This document shows positions 16,445-25,129 of a stretch of 27,812 bases of DNA, piece after piece (position 1 is the stretch's first letter; every line of letters begins with the position of its first letter). Origin of the DNA: a virus (Duplodnaviria > Caudoviricetes). The stretch is taken from the IMG/VR virus record IMGVR_UViG_3300026138_000020, positions 1 through 27,812 of that record; one strand, written 5' to 3'. Made by a program: the position numbers and the translations under genes. The notes beneath the pieces are model-generated. The model was not told the origin of the DNA, did not search any database, and was given only the letters and a program-made list of their open reading frames with translations.

Positions 16445-16525
16445 ATGGAACCACTAACAATATTTGCATCAGGTCTGGCACTGGGAACGGTGCTGGGGAT
16501 TATCATTTCAATGTTTATTGAATGA
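16445..16525 (+). CDS. Single-TM micro-protein (26 aa)
   Basis: MEPLTIFASGLALGTVLGIIISMFIE; GAGAGGGA upstream; ATGA-coupled to 16522. Confidence 0.5.
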   Translation: MEPLTIFASGLALGTVLGIIISMFIE

Positions 16526-16869
16526 AAACTATGAAGACACAAGAAAACAAATGTAAACCAGCCTCACTGCTGGAGATCGATGACAGCTACGTGCAGGCCA
16601 CATGGCGTCACCCACAAGCATCTACCGAAATCATCGGGATCTACCGACTCAACCCAGACGAGGTAAGTTGGTCCCTATCACAGCCCATACGTGGGCCGTG
16701 GAGTGTGATTAGAGACGGTAAGGTGGTCAATGACCATACCAACTACACAGAGGCTTACAACGCCGCCTCAGTGCATGCCATGGCTCTATTCGAGCTACTC
16801 AATAACCAAGGCCCATCCGCAGTCAAGCAGGCATGGGCAGTGGACGGTGGCACTGTCTATGATCTGTGA
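16522..16869 (+). CDS. Hypothetical protein
   Basis: 115 aa; coupled to both neighbours. Confidence 0.65.
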   Translation: MKTMKTQENKCKPASLLEIDDSYVQATWRHPQASTEIIGIYRLNPDEVSWSLSQPIRGPWSVIRDGKVVNDHTNYTEAYNAASVHAMALFELLNNQGPSAVKQAWAVDGGTVYDL

Positions 16870-17057
16870 AGCACACTATCACATTCAAACTCCCTCAAGA
16901 GCGGGAGCAACTGGAGATCCACCTTAAAGCGGTGGACAATGCCAGCATTCTCCAAGAATTAGACGAGACCATGCGTGGCTGGCTGAAACATGGCTTCCCA
17001 AAATGCTGCACACTGGAATCCATCGCTCAGCATGTCCGGGACATGATCAACGAATGA
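16866..17057 (+). CDS. Hypothetical protein
   Basis: 63 aa; GTGA/ATGA overlaps; ELDETMRGWLKHG motif. Confidence 0.65.
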   Translation: MKHTITFKLPQEREQLEIHLKAVDNASILQELDETMRGWLKHGFPKCCTLESIAQHVRDMINE

Positions 17058-17470
17058 AATACTTGATCTCAATTATGGCTGTGATGATCGCCTCGGTTGC
17101 TTCTGCAAGCGACATCGTCTCAATGACGATCCTCGCAGAGGCCCGGGGCGAGGGGCCAGACGGAATGGCAGCAGTGGCTGCCTGCATACAGCAACGATCC
17201 CTGAATAGGTCCATGACACCGGAGGCGGTCTGCCTCGAGAAGAAGCAGTTCTCATGCTGGAACGGCAAGCGTCCTTCGGATCTCGAGTACCTGCTCAAGC
17301 TGCCTCAAGCGAAAACCGCCAATTGGCTATCCAAAAACCTGCACAAACTCAACCGAGCCAAAATCGGCTACGCTGACCATTACCACGCCGACTACGTCAA
17401 GCCGTATTGGGCTAAAGGCAGGCAATCGACAATAAAAATAGGCAAACACATTTTCTACAAACTTAAATGA
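17054..17470 (+). CDS. Cell wall hydrolase, SleB/CwlJ family (Hydrolase_2), with signal peptide
   Basis: Start MKYLISIMAVMIASVASA at 17054 (ATGA); TILAEARGEG..GMAAVA...R, QFSCWN, ADHYHADYVKPYWA, IGKHIFY. Confidence 0.9.
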   Translation: MKYLISIMAVMIASVASASDIVSMTILAEARGEGPDGMAAVAACIQQRSLNRSMTPEAVCLEKKQFSCWNGKRPSDLEYLLKLPQAKTANWLSKNLHKLNRAKIGYADHYHADYVKPYWAKGRQSTIKIGKHIFYKLK

Positions 17471-17649
17471 AAACCATCGAAGCACACTGGGACCCTGAAG
17501 GGATGATGCCGCCTGACGCAGATCCGCAGGAGGAATACGACAATTACAGGGATTTCGCCAAGCGATCCCATGATCTGACAGGACTAACTGGCGAAGAGTT
17601 CACTCTCGAAGACTTCAGGGAATACATAAATGGAATCGAACCACTTTAA
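17467..17649 (+). CDS. Small acidic hypothetical protein
   Basis: 60 aa; ATGA overlap. Confidence 0.6.
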   Translation: MKTIEAHWDPEGMMPPDADPQEEYDNYRDFAKRSHDLTGLTGEEFTLEDFREYINGIEPL

Positions 17650-17920
17650 TCTTAAAGCAGTGTTCTGCGCCGTCGATGAAGATCGGGACACCGTTGTCCT
17701 GACCATCAATGGCGAGGAAGTTTCGACTAGGGAGGCTGTTGTCACTTTATGCGACAATTACGGCATGACGACACGGGATCTGGCTACACTCATGGCCGTT
17801 CCCGTCAGAACAGTCGAGGGATGGAGATCAGGAAGACCCAGCTCCATCCTGAACCGAATGAGGCTGGGTCGAGCTGCTGAGAAACTGTCAGAGGCTAATC
17901 CTCCTCAGGAGTTCCCTTGA
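17630..17920 (+). CDS. XRE-type helix-turn-helix protein
   Basis: 96 aa; GMTTRDLATLMAVPVRTVEGWRSGRP. Confidence 0.75.
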   Translation: MESNHFNLKAVFCAVDEDRDTVVLTINGEEVSTREAVVTLCDNYGMTTRDLATLMAVPVRTVEGWRSGRPSSILNRMRLGRAAEKLSEANPPQEFP

Positions 17921-18158
17921 GAGCATCGGCATACAGGTTCTGTAAAGCGAAATACAGATCCTGTATTGCCGAGAGCCTGCCCGCAAAATAGTGGCGATCC
18001 TCTGAAGACAGGCCGTGGCCAGACACATTGCTGGACTCGGCTTTGATCAATTCGTTCAACACCACATCCAACGCCTTTCTCACCGGGTGCTCTTCCTGTA
18101 GCGAGAATGCTTCCAGAAGCCACGGTTCGTGGCCTGCAAACCTGTATTCGTTATGCAT
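17895..18158 (-). CDS. Small protein following portal
   Basis: 87 aa, overlaps the portal stop; helical (RHYFAGRLSAIQDL). Confidence 0.7.
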   Translation of the reverse strand: MHNEYRFAGHEPWLLEAFSLQEEHPVRKALDVVLNELIKAESSNVSGHGLSSEDRHYFAGRLSAIQDLYFALQNLYADALKGTPEED

Positions 18159-20235
18159 TTGGGTTAACTCCTATTCTTCCGATCTGCGCGTTCTGTTGTT
18201 GAGTCAAACTCATCTGCAGGTTCTGCGCGAATGACTGAACCAACTGCGAGAACTGCTCGTCAGCTTCCATTTGCTGCTGGTATTTAGGGTTGTTTTGTAT
18301 GATCTGCTGAAGGAACTGCATTTTGATCCCAGCAGACGGATCGTTCTCAACGTATCGCGGCTGGTTGCCAAGGGCCATCAGCGCAACCTGATTGTTCATG
18401 TCGTCGTACATTTTCTGGCTGGCCTCTGCCTGCTCGATGACGAGTTCATCGGCCAGCGTTGGATCGATAACCTGCAGTTTCTTTCTGATGAGCTTCGTTC
18501 TGTCAACGATCCCCATGGTGTCTTCTGGTAGCACAAACTGAGAAATAGCCTGAAGTTTTTTCTCGACGAATTCGTTATCAAGTTCACGCACGTCAAAATG
18601 CAGTGTGAAGTTAAATTTACGTGGGTCTCTGGGAAGGGCCATGTTGGTCCCCGTGACTGTGGCGAACCTCTCGTCGGTGTCGAATACCTGAGTCAGATCC
18701 CAGACTCGACCAATGACAGATGTCATGTGCCTGAGCCATCTGTGGACATATGCCTGCTGCCTTAGCTGCGTCTCTACTGCTGGAACAGCAGCGTTCGGCC
18801 TTCCGAAGTATCTGTCAGTCCGCTGCTGGATGTGATCCATCAGCGCGAACGCTAAGTCAGCCCCTCTTCGGGGAGACTCCATCCACGTAATGTCACCCGG
18901 ACGCTGCTCGGAGACCTGAACACCCGGGCCAACCTTGATTCTCTGTCCGTATCGAAGCGGAACTTTTAAGGGTGGCAGTGTCTCAAAGCTTGACCTGTCA
19001 AAGACCATGTCAGCTTGAGCCTTGTATTCAGCCTGCCACGTTTTGACGATTTCTGCGACACCACGTGACTCGATAGGGCTGCGTCTCGTTTTTTCCCGTG
19101 TGAATGACTCGAATGGATAGGTATCTCCTGCCTCTGTGACGAGCTTATGCTCAGCGTAGACCTCGTTTCCCTTGGAATCCTTCTCCATATAAGGCGAGAA
19201 CACGGTCATGTATACACCCGGGGTCCCTGTGTCTGTCACTCTGCGACTATATGCATGGATGACTTCGATCAGGTTTGTCTTCTCGTCCATCCGCTCAGTA
19301 GAGCCCAGCACAGGGCTCAGGCCCTGATCCCACACTTGCGAGCTCCTGCCTGCTGTCCGCTTAACCTCGTCCACCCATTCCCTGCTCCACTCACCACTGG
19401 CCGCCTTTTCTTCCAGCTCAGCCACGGTGTAGTATTCCCTGCGGAATATGGCTCGAGCTCTCTGGAGATCATTCGTTTCTGGCGGAAACAGAATCTCGTG
19501 GTATGGGCGAAGAGCAACAATCCGAGGCTGGTTCCGAGCCATCTCGGGAAGCTCGAACGTGGTCTCTCCGTCACGCACGATGTCGCGGATGTGTTTGAGT
19601 GCTTTCGATCTGGTCAGTCCGTCATTGCTGGCGACAAGCAGATCCGCCAGATACTCCTCTTGATCCTGCAGCACAGCGGTCAGAGCATCGACTTGTTGGG
19701 GGGCATCTACTCCGAGGAAACCGGAGAGGGTTTGGAGGTTTATTGTGCGCGGGGTCTGGGCATAACTACGATCCCAGATAACATGAAGGACGCTCCAACC
19801 ATACTGTGCGGCATATTCTGCATGCAGCTCCAGCTCTTCTTCCCAACCGGGCTGCATTAAAGTGCTCAGCATCCATCGCAGGTAGAGCCCAACTGCGGAT
19901 GCCTGTTTGTGATCGGCTGCCTCAACTCCAGCCACATTAAGTGCTGCTCGGCTGATAGCAGATGTGGAGAGGTTAACAATAAAACTGCAGACCTCGTCAG
20001 CCAGCCTGATCCGAGTGTCACTGGCCCCTTCCCACGGGAATGGCTGCCTGCCCAGATCCTTGGCATGTTTTTTTCCGTCGCGGCTCTGTCCTGCCCATGT
20101 AGCAAATCTAGTCTCGTCGGATTCGCGGACACGGTAAGTGATCCTCTCATCGGAATAAGCTCTTCGGTATTCCGAGCAGAGCTGGTTTATGTTGGGCTCA
20201 GTGCTAAGCTGCAGCCGATCGTCAATAGTGTTCAT
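18151..20235 (-). CDS. Portal protein (P22-like)
   Basis: 694 aa, directly after terL; PFPWEGASD motif, SRGVAEI, Q-rich C-terminal barrel-like helix. Confidence 0.85.
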   Translation of the reverse strand: MNTIDDRLQLSTEPNINQLCSEYRRAYSDERITYRVRESDETRFATWAGQSRDGKKHAKDLGRQPFPWEGASDTRIRLADEVCSFIVNLSTSAISRAALNVAGVEAADHKQASAVGLYLRWMLSTLMQPGWEEELELHAEYAAQYGWSVLHVIWDRSYAQTPRTINLQTLSGFLGVDAPQQVDALTAVLQDQEEYLADLLVASNDGLTRSKALKHIRDIVRDGETTFELPEMARNQPRIVALRPYHEILFPPETNDLQRARAIFRREYYTVAELEEKAASGEWSREWVDEVKRTAGRSSQVWDQGLSPVLGSTERMDEKTNLIEVIHAYSRRVTDTGTPGVYMTVFSPYMEKDSKGNEVYAEHKLVTEAGDTYPFESFTREKTRRSPIESRGVAEIVKTWQAEYKAQADMVFDRSSFETLPPLKVPLRYGQRIKVGPGVQVSEQRPGDITWMESPRRGADLAFALMDHIQQRTDRYFGRPNAAVPAVETQLRQQAYVHRWLRHMTSVIGRVWDLTQVFDTDERFATVTGTNMALPRDPRKFNFTLHFDVRELDNEFVEKKLQAISQFVLPEDTMGIVDRTKLIRKKLQVIDPTLADELVIEQAEASQKMYDDMNNQVALMALGNQPRYVENDPSAGIKMQFLQQIIQNNPKYQQQMEADEQFSQLVQSFAQNLQMSLTQQQNAQIGRIGVNPNA

Positions 20236-20236
20236 C

Positions 20237-21901
20237 TCAATAACTCAAAGTCTCCGTGCTATATTCCATTTTCCTCGGGACGTATATCGGGTCCATCAAA
20301 ATCAGATACCTCAGGGCGTCTACCGGGTCTTTACTAGCACCCTTCTCGCCATCTGAGTTTGTCCACGTCCTCAGACTGTAGATCAGGTTCTGGCACTCCC
20401 GCGACACATAAAGCTTGGGCTCATTCAGGATGCTGATCTCCCTGCTCATGTCATAAGCGAACAGGTTATTCACCAGAGCACAGCTCTCATCGATGTGAGC
20501 CATGGCAGATGGAACAAACAATAACCCATTCTTTGTAACCTCTCCACCAGCTCCCCTGTCAGGGTTAGCCAGCAGGTCAATGAGACTCTGGTTATGCTCC
20601 CTCTGCCCAATAACTGCTGTCCGACCTGCTCTCGGGTCAATATACCTCTCGTGTATGCCTCCATCGTTGACCTCAAGCTCTCGGATCAGCTTTTTGTATT
20701 GGTCAATGTTCCTCCCACAGTCCGCAGTCTGTGCTGGTCCCTTCTTACCATCGAGCTTTTCACTCGGGACAGCCCACTCCCCGTAGTTTGCCATGTCGGG
20801 CCACTCCCTATAAATAAACACCCGCCCAAGGTCGTCCACTTTCGCCCAGAGCATATACCAGTTCCGATCCCCCGGGGTAGGGTCCACGACCATATAATTG
20901 GTCCCCTCTCTGGGGATATGAGAAGGTTCAATAATGTTGCGATCCGTAAACCTCGGGAATTTCCCAACCACAGGGTTGCTGACATAACCATAGGCCCTGA
21001 TCTCTCTCTCCTCTCTCGTCCTGCCCTGCAGCGTCTGCTGCATCCGATCAAACGGCGAATACGGGTTCCACTCAGAGAAAAACCAAAAGATCTGCCCAGT
21101 TCCACTTCTGGTCCTCGCCTTATAAGGCATGTGACCTTTAGGCACCCCAGCCAGTGGACTATCATCGCCCCCGATCAGCTTAGCAGGCTTCGTCTCCTCA
21201 ATAATAGCCCCCTCCATAGCATCCTTTACGGTGCTCGTATACCCGTCGATCGGCGTGAATGTCACAACCATCTTCCCCTTCCTGCTGATCAACCTGTATT
21301 TGAGGGTCTGTATCCACGCCATCGGAACCAGCTCATCGCACCAGATCAAGTCCAGCTCTGTCCCCTCCATAGATGACAGCTCCTGAGAGTAGTTCTTAAA
21401 CCAGCACTGACTACCGTTGGGGGCCACAAACGTTTTATTACTGAAGCCATTTTTCTGGCTGAATCCGATGTTAACCACCGCCCTCTGGCCTGTCCGCTGT
21501 TCCTTCCATGGCAGCGGCAAATAGTCGTAAACATACGGCTGCTGGACCTGCACAGAGCTGTCATGTGTGCTATGGCAGCACCAGACAGCACTCCTGTGCT
21601 TATTGGCAAGTGTGCGGACAACCCTCGAAGCCATATAGCGTGATTTGCCTCCCCGGTTGCCACCAAATATGTAGACGATGTCTATGTCCGGGTCCTCCAG
21701 CGCATCATCGGCATCCTTCCAGTGTCGGAACAGACCTTTGGTGTTATGCCAGTCAGAGCCATAATTAAAGGGATCTGCCTTCTCCCTTCGAATCAGCTCG
21801 TCCCTCTGCTTGACATACTGCTCCAGCACACCAGCAGAGTCCATAGCCTGAGCCTCCTCGCGAGTGGGGATCGGGAACACTGGATGGGGAGTCCATTTCA
21901 T
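20237..21901 (-). CDS. terL: Terminase large subunit
   Basis: 554 aa; Walker A GGNRGGKS, Walker B LIWCDE, motif III TFTP, nuclease VVDP and KDPVDALRY. Confidence 0.92.
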   Translation of the reverse strand: MKWTPHPVFPIPTREEAQAMDSAGVLEQYVKQRDELIRREKADPFNYGSDWHNTKGLFRHWKDADDALEDPDIDIVYIFGGNRGGKSRYMASRVVRTLANKHRSAVWCCHSTHDSSVQVQQPYVYDYLPLPWKEQRTGQRAVVNIGFSQKNGFSNKTFVAPNGSQCWFKNYSQELSSMEGTELDLIWCDELVPMAWIQTLKYRLISRKGKMVVTFTPIDGYTSTVKDAMEGAIIEETKPAKLIGGDDSPLAGVPKGHMPYKARTRSGTGQIFWFFSEWNPYSPFDRMQQTLQGRTREEREIRAYGYVSNPVVGKFPRFTDRNIIEPSHIPREGTNYMVVDPTPGDRNWYMLWAKVDDLGRVFIYREWPDMANYGEWAVPSEKLDGKKGPAQTADCGRNIDQYKKLIRELEVNDGGIHERYIDPRAGRTAVIGQREHNQSLIDLLANPDRGAGGEVTKNGLLFVPSAMAHIDESCALVNNLFAYDMSREISILNEPKLYVSRECQNLIYSLRTWTNSDGEKGASKDPVDALRYLILMDPIYVPRKMEYSTETLSY

Positions 21902-21903
21902 AT

Positions 21904-22167
21904 CTAATATCTGTCAAGCCTCTGGGGCCTGCCCTTGCAATAAAGCTTACCGCTGCCCTGCTCCACCCACACAGGGATTCTGAGCCCCTTCTGGAACGGA
22001 GCACTGTCAGACACTCGGACAAGCCCCAAAGAAGTCTCCAGCAGCCTCTGGTTCATAGGCCTGCCAGTCACAGTAGCCTCCATAGGCTCCCTGCCAGCCT
22101 TCCAGCGTAATTCAGCCGTATCCAGACCCGTCCTGCGGATCGCTTTGCGCTTGCGTTTAGTCTTCAT
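21904..22167 (-). CDS. Hypothetical basic protein
   Basis: 87 aa, ending 2 nt before the terL start. Confidence 0.6.
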   Translation of the reverse strand: MKTKRKRKAIRRTGLDTAELRWKAGREPMEATVTGRPMNQRLLETSLGLVRVSDSAPFQKGLRIPVWVEQGSGKLYCKGRPQRLDRY

Positions 22168-22316
22168 TTAAGTCGCTGTTTCCTGATAGGACGCACAGTA
22201 GGTGTTGAGGCTAAGAAGGATAGGTCCTTTTGTCGATTATTGTGCGAGGGGAGATCCGCAACGGAATCGCTGATTATCCAAGAATCCTGACCCCCTCCCC
22301 CCCTGTTTGTCCGTTT

Positions 22317-22344
22317 TCTTCGCACAATATTTATTACGTTTAGA
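22317..22344 (+). other. dif-like XerC/XerD recombination site
   Basis: TCTTCGCACAA-TATTTA-TTACGTTTAGA: 11-6-11 layout, 7/11 and 7/11 identity to the E. coli dif arms (GGTGCGCATAA / TTATGTTAAAT); intergenic. Confidence 0.6.
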
Positions 22345-22355
22345 GATAGGCTTGC

Positions 22356-22841
22356 CTAACTTTTCTCTTCTATCACCTCAGCATCAACAACTTTCGCTGG
22401 CTTGCAGCTTTCAATCATCTCTCGCAGAGTTTGATCCGACAGATTTATTGTCTCATGTCTAATAGTTGTACTAGGTTTCCCCATTATGGTCTCAACTTTA
22501 TCGATTAAGATTCCTAGTGTCACGGGTAACTTATCGGGCTTCAGCTCTCCTGACTCTATTGCTGCCGAAAGCTTCTCTAATGCTGAATCCCTCGTCTTTA
22601 TAAGGTCGCTGAGGAAAGCCTCTTGTGCCTTGGGGTCTCTTTCTGCCTGCTTAACAATTTCTGCTGCCAACTGCGGGCTAACCCCGAACACTTCTGTCAG
22701 GGTTTCAGGTCCGAAACCCTTCTTAGCTGCCTTTACTACTGAGTCATACCGCTCAGGGTCTGTCTTCTTCAGCCTTGACCCTGTATAGCGTTTGATTCCT
22801 GAAGCCTCCAGATCAGGATTCCATTTAGTTTTAACACCCAT
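22356..22841 (-). CDS. Probable terminase small subunit
   Basis: 161 aa; HTH-like N-terminal part (ETLTEVFGVSPQLAAEIV), helical oligomerisation segment, C-terminal VVDAEVIE; upstream of terL. Confidence 0.6.
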   Translation of the reverse strand: MGVKTKWNPDLEASGIKRYTGSRLKKTDPERYDSVVKAAKKGFGPETLTEVFGVSPQLAAEIVKQAERDPKAQEAFLSDLIKTRDSALEKLSAAIESGELKPDKLPVTLGILIDKVETIMGKPSTTIRHETINLSDQTLREMIESCKPAKVVDAEVIEEKS

Positions 22842-22896
22842 AAGAGGTGAAGTTGGATCAAGTTCTGTGTGTACACTTCTGCCAACCTCCCAGCCG

Positions 22897-22925
22897 AGCG
22901 TACATATTTTCAGCCTCTAAGTCAA
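22897..22925 (-). promoter_or_regulatory. Sigma70-like promoter for packaging genes
   Basis: Minus strand TTGACT-N17-TACGCT in the gap before the terS candidate. Confidence 0.55.
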
Positions 22926-23341
22926 TACGTTTGAAATTCTTTTATTGGTATGTATGAGCAGATGGAGGTGTCTTGAGGATCTTCTCGGTCGGATCTGCCA
23001 CCTACCATCCACTCTGTGTGAGGGATGTTCATGTCTATGCAGCCTAGAACGTCTGTCCACTGGACCCACAGCCTACAGTCTATGTCTGGGTGTATGGCAG
23101 CGTATGAGGCGGCATTCCTGAGCTTGTGAACGTCTATGAGGTAGGTTTCGTGCAGGGTTGATGGAATGGTCCTGCACTTGATCTCAACGAGGCCTGTGAT
23201 CAGTCCCTGTTTGGTGACTGCGTAGTCGAAGGAGTCACGTGGAGGCAGCTTGATTAGGGCTGCTCCTGTGATCTCCTCGATCCTCATTTTGACGAGTGTC
23301 TCTCGATCCCTGTCAGCCTGTGACTCGTAGGTTTGTCGCAT
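22922..23341 (-). CDS. PD-(D/E)XK nuclease-like protein
   Basis: 139 aa; SFDYAV...LVEIKCR motif. Confidence 0.65.
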   Translation of the reverse strand: MRQTYESQADRDRETLVKMRIEEITGAALIKLPPRDSFDYAVTKQGLITGLVEIKCRTIPSTLHETYLIDVHKLRNAASYAAIHPDIDCRLWVQWTDVLGCIDMNIPHTEWMVGGRSDREDPQDTSICSYIPIKEFQTY

Positions 23342-23843
23342 ATTTCAGCATATTGATTATGTTAGTTTTGAGGTGTTGTTGGGTGGAGTCGTTGTCGATG
23401 GTGTAATCTGGTTTGATGCTGTCGATTGCTGTCTCTGACACGTGGTGGTCGGAGGAGTCATCGAACCCCGGGCGATTGATTTTGACTACGATGCCGCCAA
23501 GGGAGCGAATCCACTCGGCCTCCAGCGGGAACCTGACATCATCACACACCATGACAGTGGTGAATGGGGAGTATTGTCGCCACGTGTGGTTTGCTCGCTT
23601 GACCCAGTAGTCGCTGCCGAATAGCTGCTTCATTGCCTCGCCATAGGTTTGAAGGACTGGCCTGATGGTCTCCTTGTTTTTGTCGTCGATTGGAACACCC
23701 ATGAGTCCCTGTATATCGAGCTTGATAGGTGTGGCTAGGGAGATCCTGACCGAGTCGCACTGCATGAGGTCCAGTATGATGTCTGCAGCGGTAGACTTTC
23801 CACTGCGTTTCTTACCTGATAAACCAATGATGGTGTGTGTCAT
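23313..23843 (-). CDS. Deoxynucleoside monophosphate kinase
   Basis: 176 aa; IIGLSGKKRSGKST P-loop, R..LQ..G, DDVRFPLE, HVSE. Confidence 0.88.
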   Translation of the reverse strand: MTHTIIGLSGKKRSGKSTAADIILDLMQCDSVRISLATPIKLDIQGLMGVPIDDKNKETIRPVLQTYGEAMKQLFGSDYWVKRANHTWRQYSPFTTVMVCDDVRFPLEAEWIRSLGGIVVKINRPGFDDSSDHHVSETAIDSIKPDYTIDNDSTQQHLKTNIINMLKYATNLRVTG

Positions 23844-25129
23844 AGGGATGGAGCAACGTCTGTTTCGGTTGACTTGTCGATTGGATCAAATCTACCGCAC
23901 CATTTAGTCCACTCCAACTCTATTTTTCCGGTCTTCCCGTGGCGATTCTTTCTGACGATGAAGTCTACCCGGCTGTCGTTGGCCTTATCTGGCTGGTGCA
24001 GGAAGCTGACGGTGTCAGAGTCCTGTTCAATTGCCCCAGACTCCCTCAGGTCTGACAAAGCGGGAGCCCTCTCAGAGAGGTCTATGGCTCTGTTCATCTG
24101 GCTAAGGGTTATGAAGGGAACACCTGTCTCCATGGCGGCCATCTTCATAGTCCTTGAAATGTCGCTTATTTCGACAACTTTGTTCTGGTTGCGGTAGGCT
24201 GGTGGAACAATCTGAAGGTAATCGACGATGAAAAGCTTGACGTTCTTCTCTCGAGCCATCCTGCGTGCCATTGATCTGATTCTGTTGGCGTTGATCTGAA
24301 CATTGTCCTCAATGGTGACAGGAAGTTTGGCACAGTATCCAGCTCCTTCGACGATCTTGTTGACATCACCTCTGCCGGACTCCTTATACCATCCAATGTC
24401 CTCCCGAGTGTAGTTACTGAGAAGCCGAGCCCCGATCTGATCGAACGGCATCTCGAAGGTAAAATAGACAACGTGTTCCCCACGTGAGGCAGCCTCGAGC
24501 ATGAGCTGGACAGCGAATGCCGACTTACCACAACCCGGTCTCGCGGCGATTGTATTCATAGAACCCGGTTTAAATCCTCTCAGGATCGTGTCTAAGGGGG
24601 GTATCCCTGTTTTGCAGCCTGTGTTAGGCAGACCGTTAGGAAACGCAGCCTGAAGGCCATCTATGAAGCCTAGCCAGCCTTCTCGCTGATCAGTCATCCC
24701 AGAGCTGGCCTTTGTGACCTCATAGAAGTCGTTCTCGAGATTCTGCATGAGCTCCTTAGCTGGTATGTCTTCTGAGAAGTTCTCAAGGGCGTTCCAATAC
24801 CTCTGAAAGACGTTCCTCTTGAGTCTGGTCTCCTCGAGGCGAGGGTAGTGGTAGGACAGCATACTTGGGGAATATCCCTCAATGCACATTTTGTTGACCA
24901 GCATCGCGGCGGATTTAACCTTATCCCGAACGCTTATGTAGTTCACCTCGATGGACTGCTCTGAGAGACTACAGGCAGCCTCCCACAGTTTCCTGTGGTT
25001 TATGCCGTGGAAATGGTCTGCAGTGACACCGAGATCCACGGCCCTGTCAAACCCTCCCTCAAGAGCAGCACCAAGAACAGCGTCCTCATCAGCGGAGCTG
25101 TGGGGAATCTTCCAGTCACTCAGCCCCAT
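23840..25129 (-). CDS. dnaB: Replicative DNA helicase
   Basis: 429 aa; AARPGCGKS, IVDYLQ, LSQMNR, SDLRESGAIEQDSD, KNRHG. Confidence 0.95.
   Translation of the reverse strand: MGLSDWKIPHSSADEDAVLGAALEGGFDRAVDLGVTADHFHGINHRKLWEAACSLSEQSIEVNYISVRDKVKSAAMLVNKMCIEGYSPSMLSYHYPRLEETRLKRNVFQRYWNALENFSEDIPAKELMQNLENDFYEVTKASSGMTDQREGWLGFIDGLQAAFPNGLPNTGCKTGIPPLDTILRGFKPGSMNTIAARPGCGKSAFAVQLMLEAASRGEHVVYFTFEMPFDQIGARLLSNYTREDIGWYKESGRGDVNKIVEGAGYCAKLPVTIEDNVQINANRIRSMARRMAREKNVKLFIVDYLQIVPPAYRNQNKVVEISDISRTMKMAAMETGVPFITLSQMNRAIDLSERAPALSDLRESGAIEQDSDTVSFLHQPDKANDSRVDFIVRKNRHGKTGKIELEWTKWCGRFDPIDKSTETDVAPSL

Noticed and set aside
21001-21020. (TC)n low-complexity run
   Set aside because: Encodes REEREI in terL; no evidence of phase variation.
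19147-21376. Long plus-strand ORFs (237, 142 and 260 aa) opposite portal and terL
   Set aside because: Antisense shadows of well-supported genes; no motifs or start signals.
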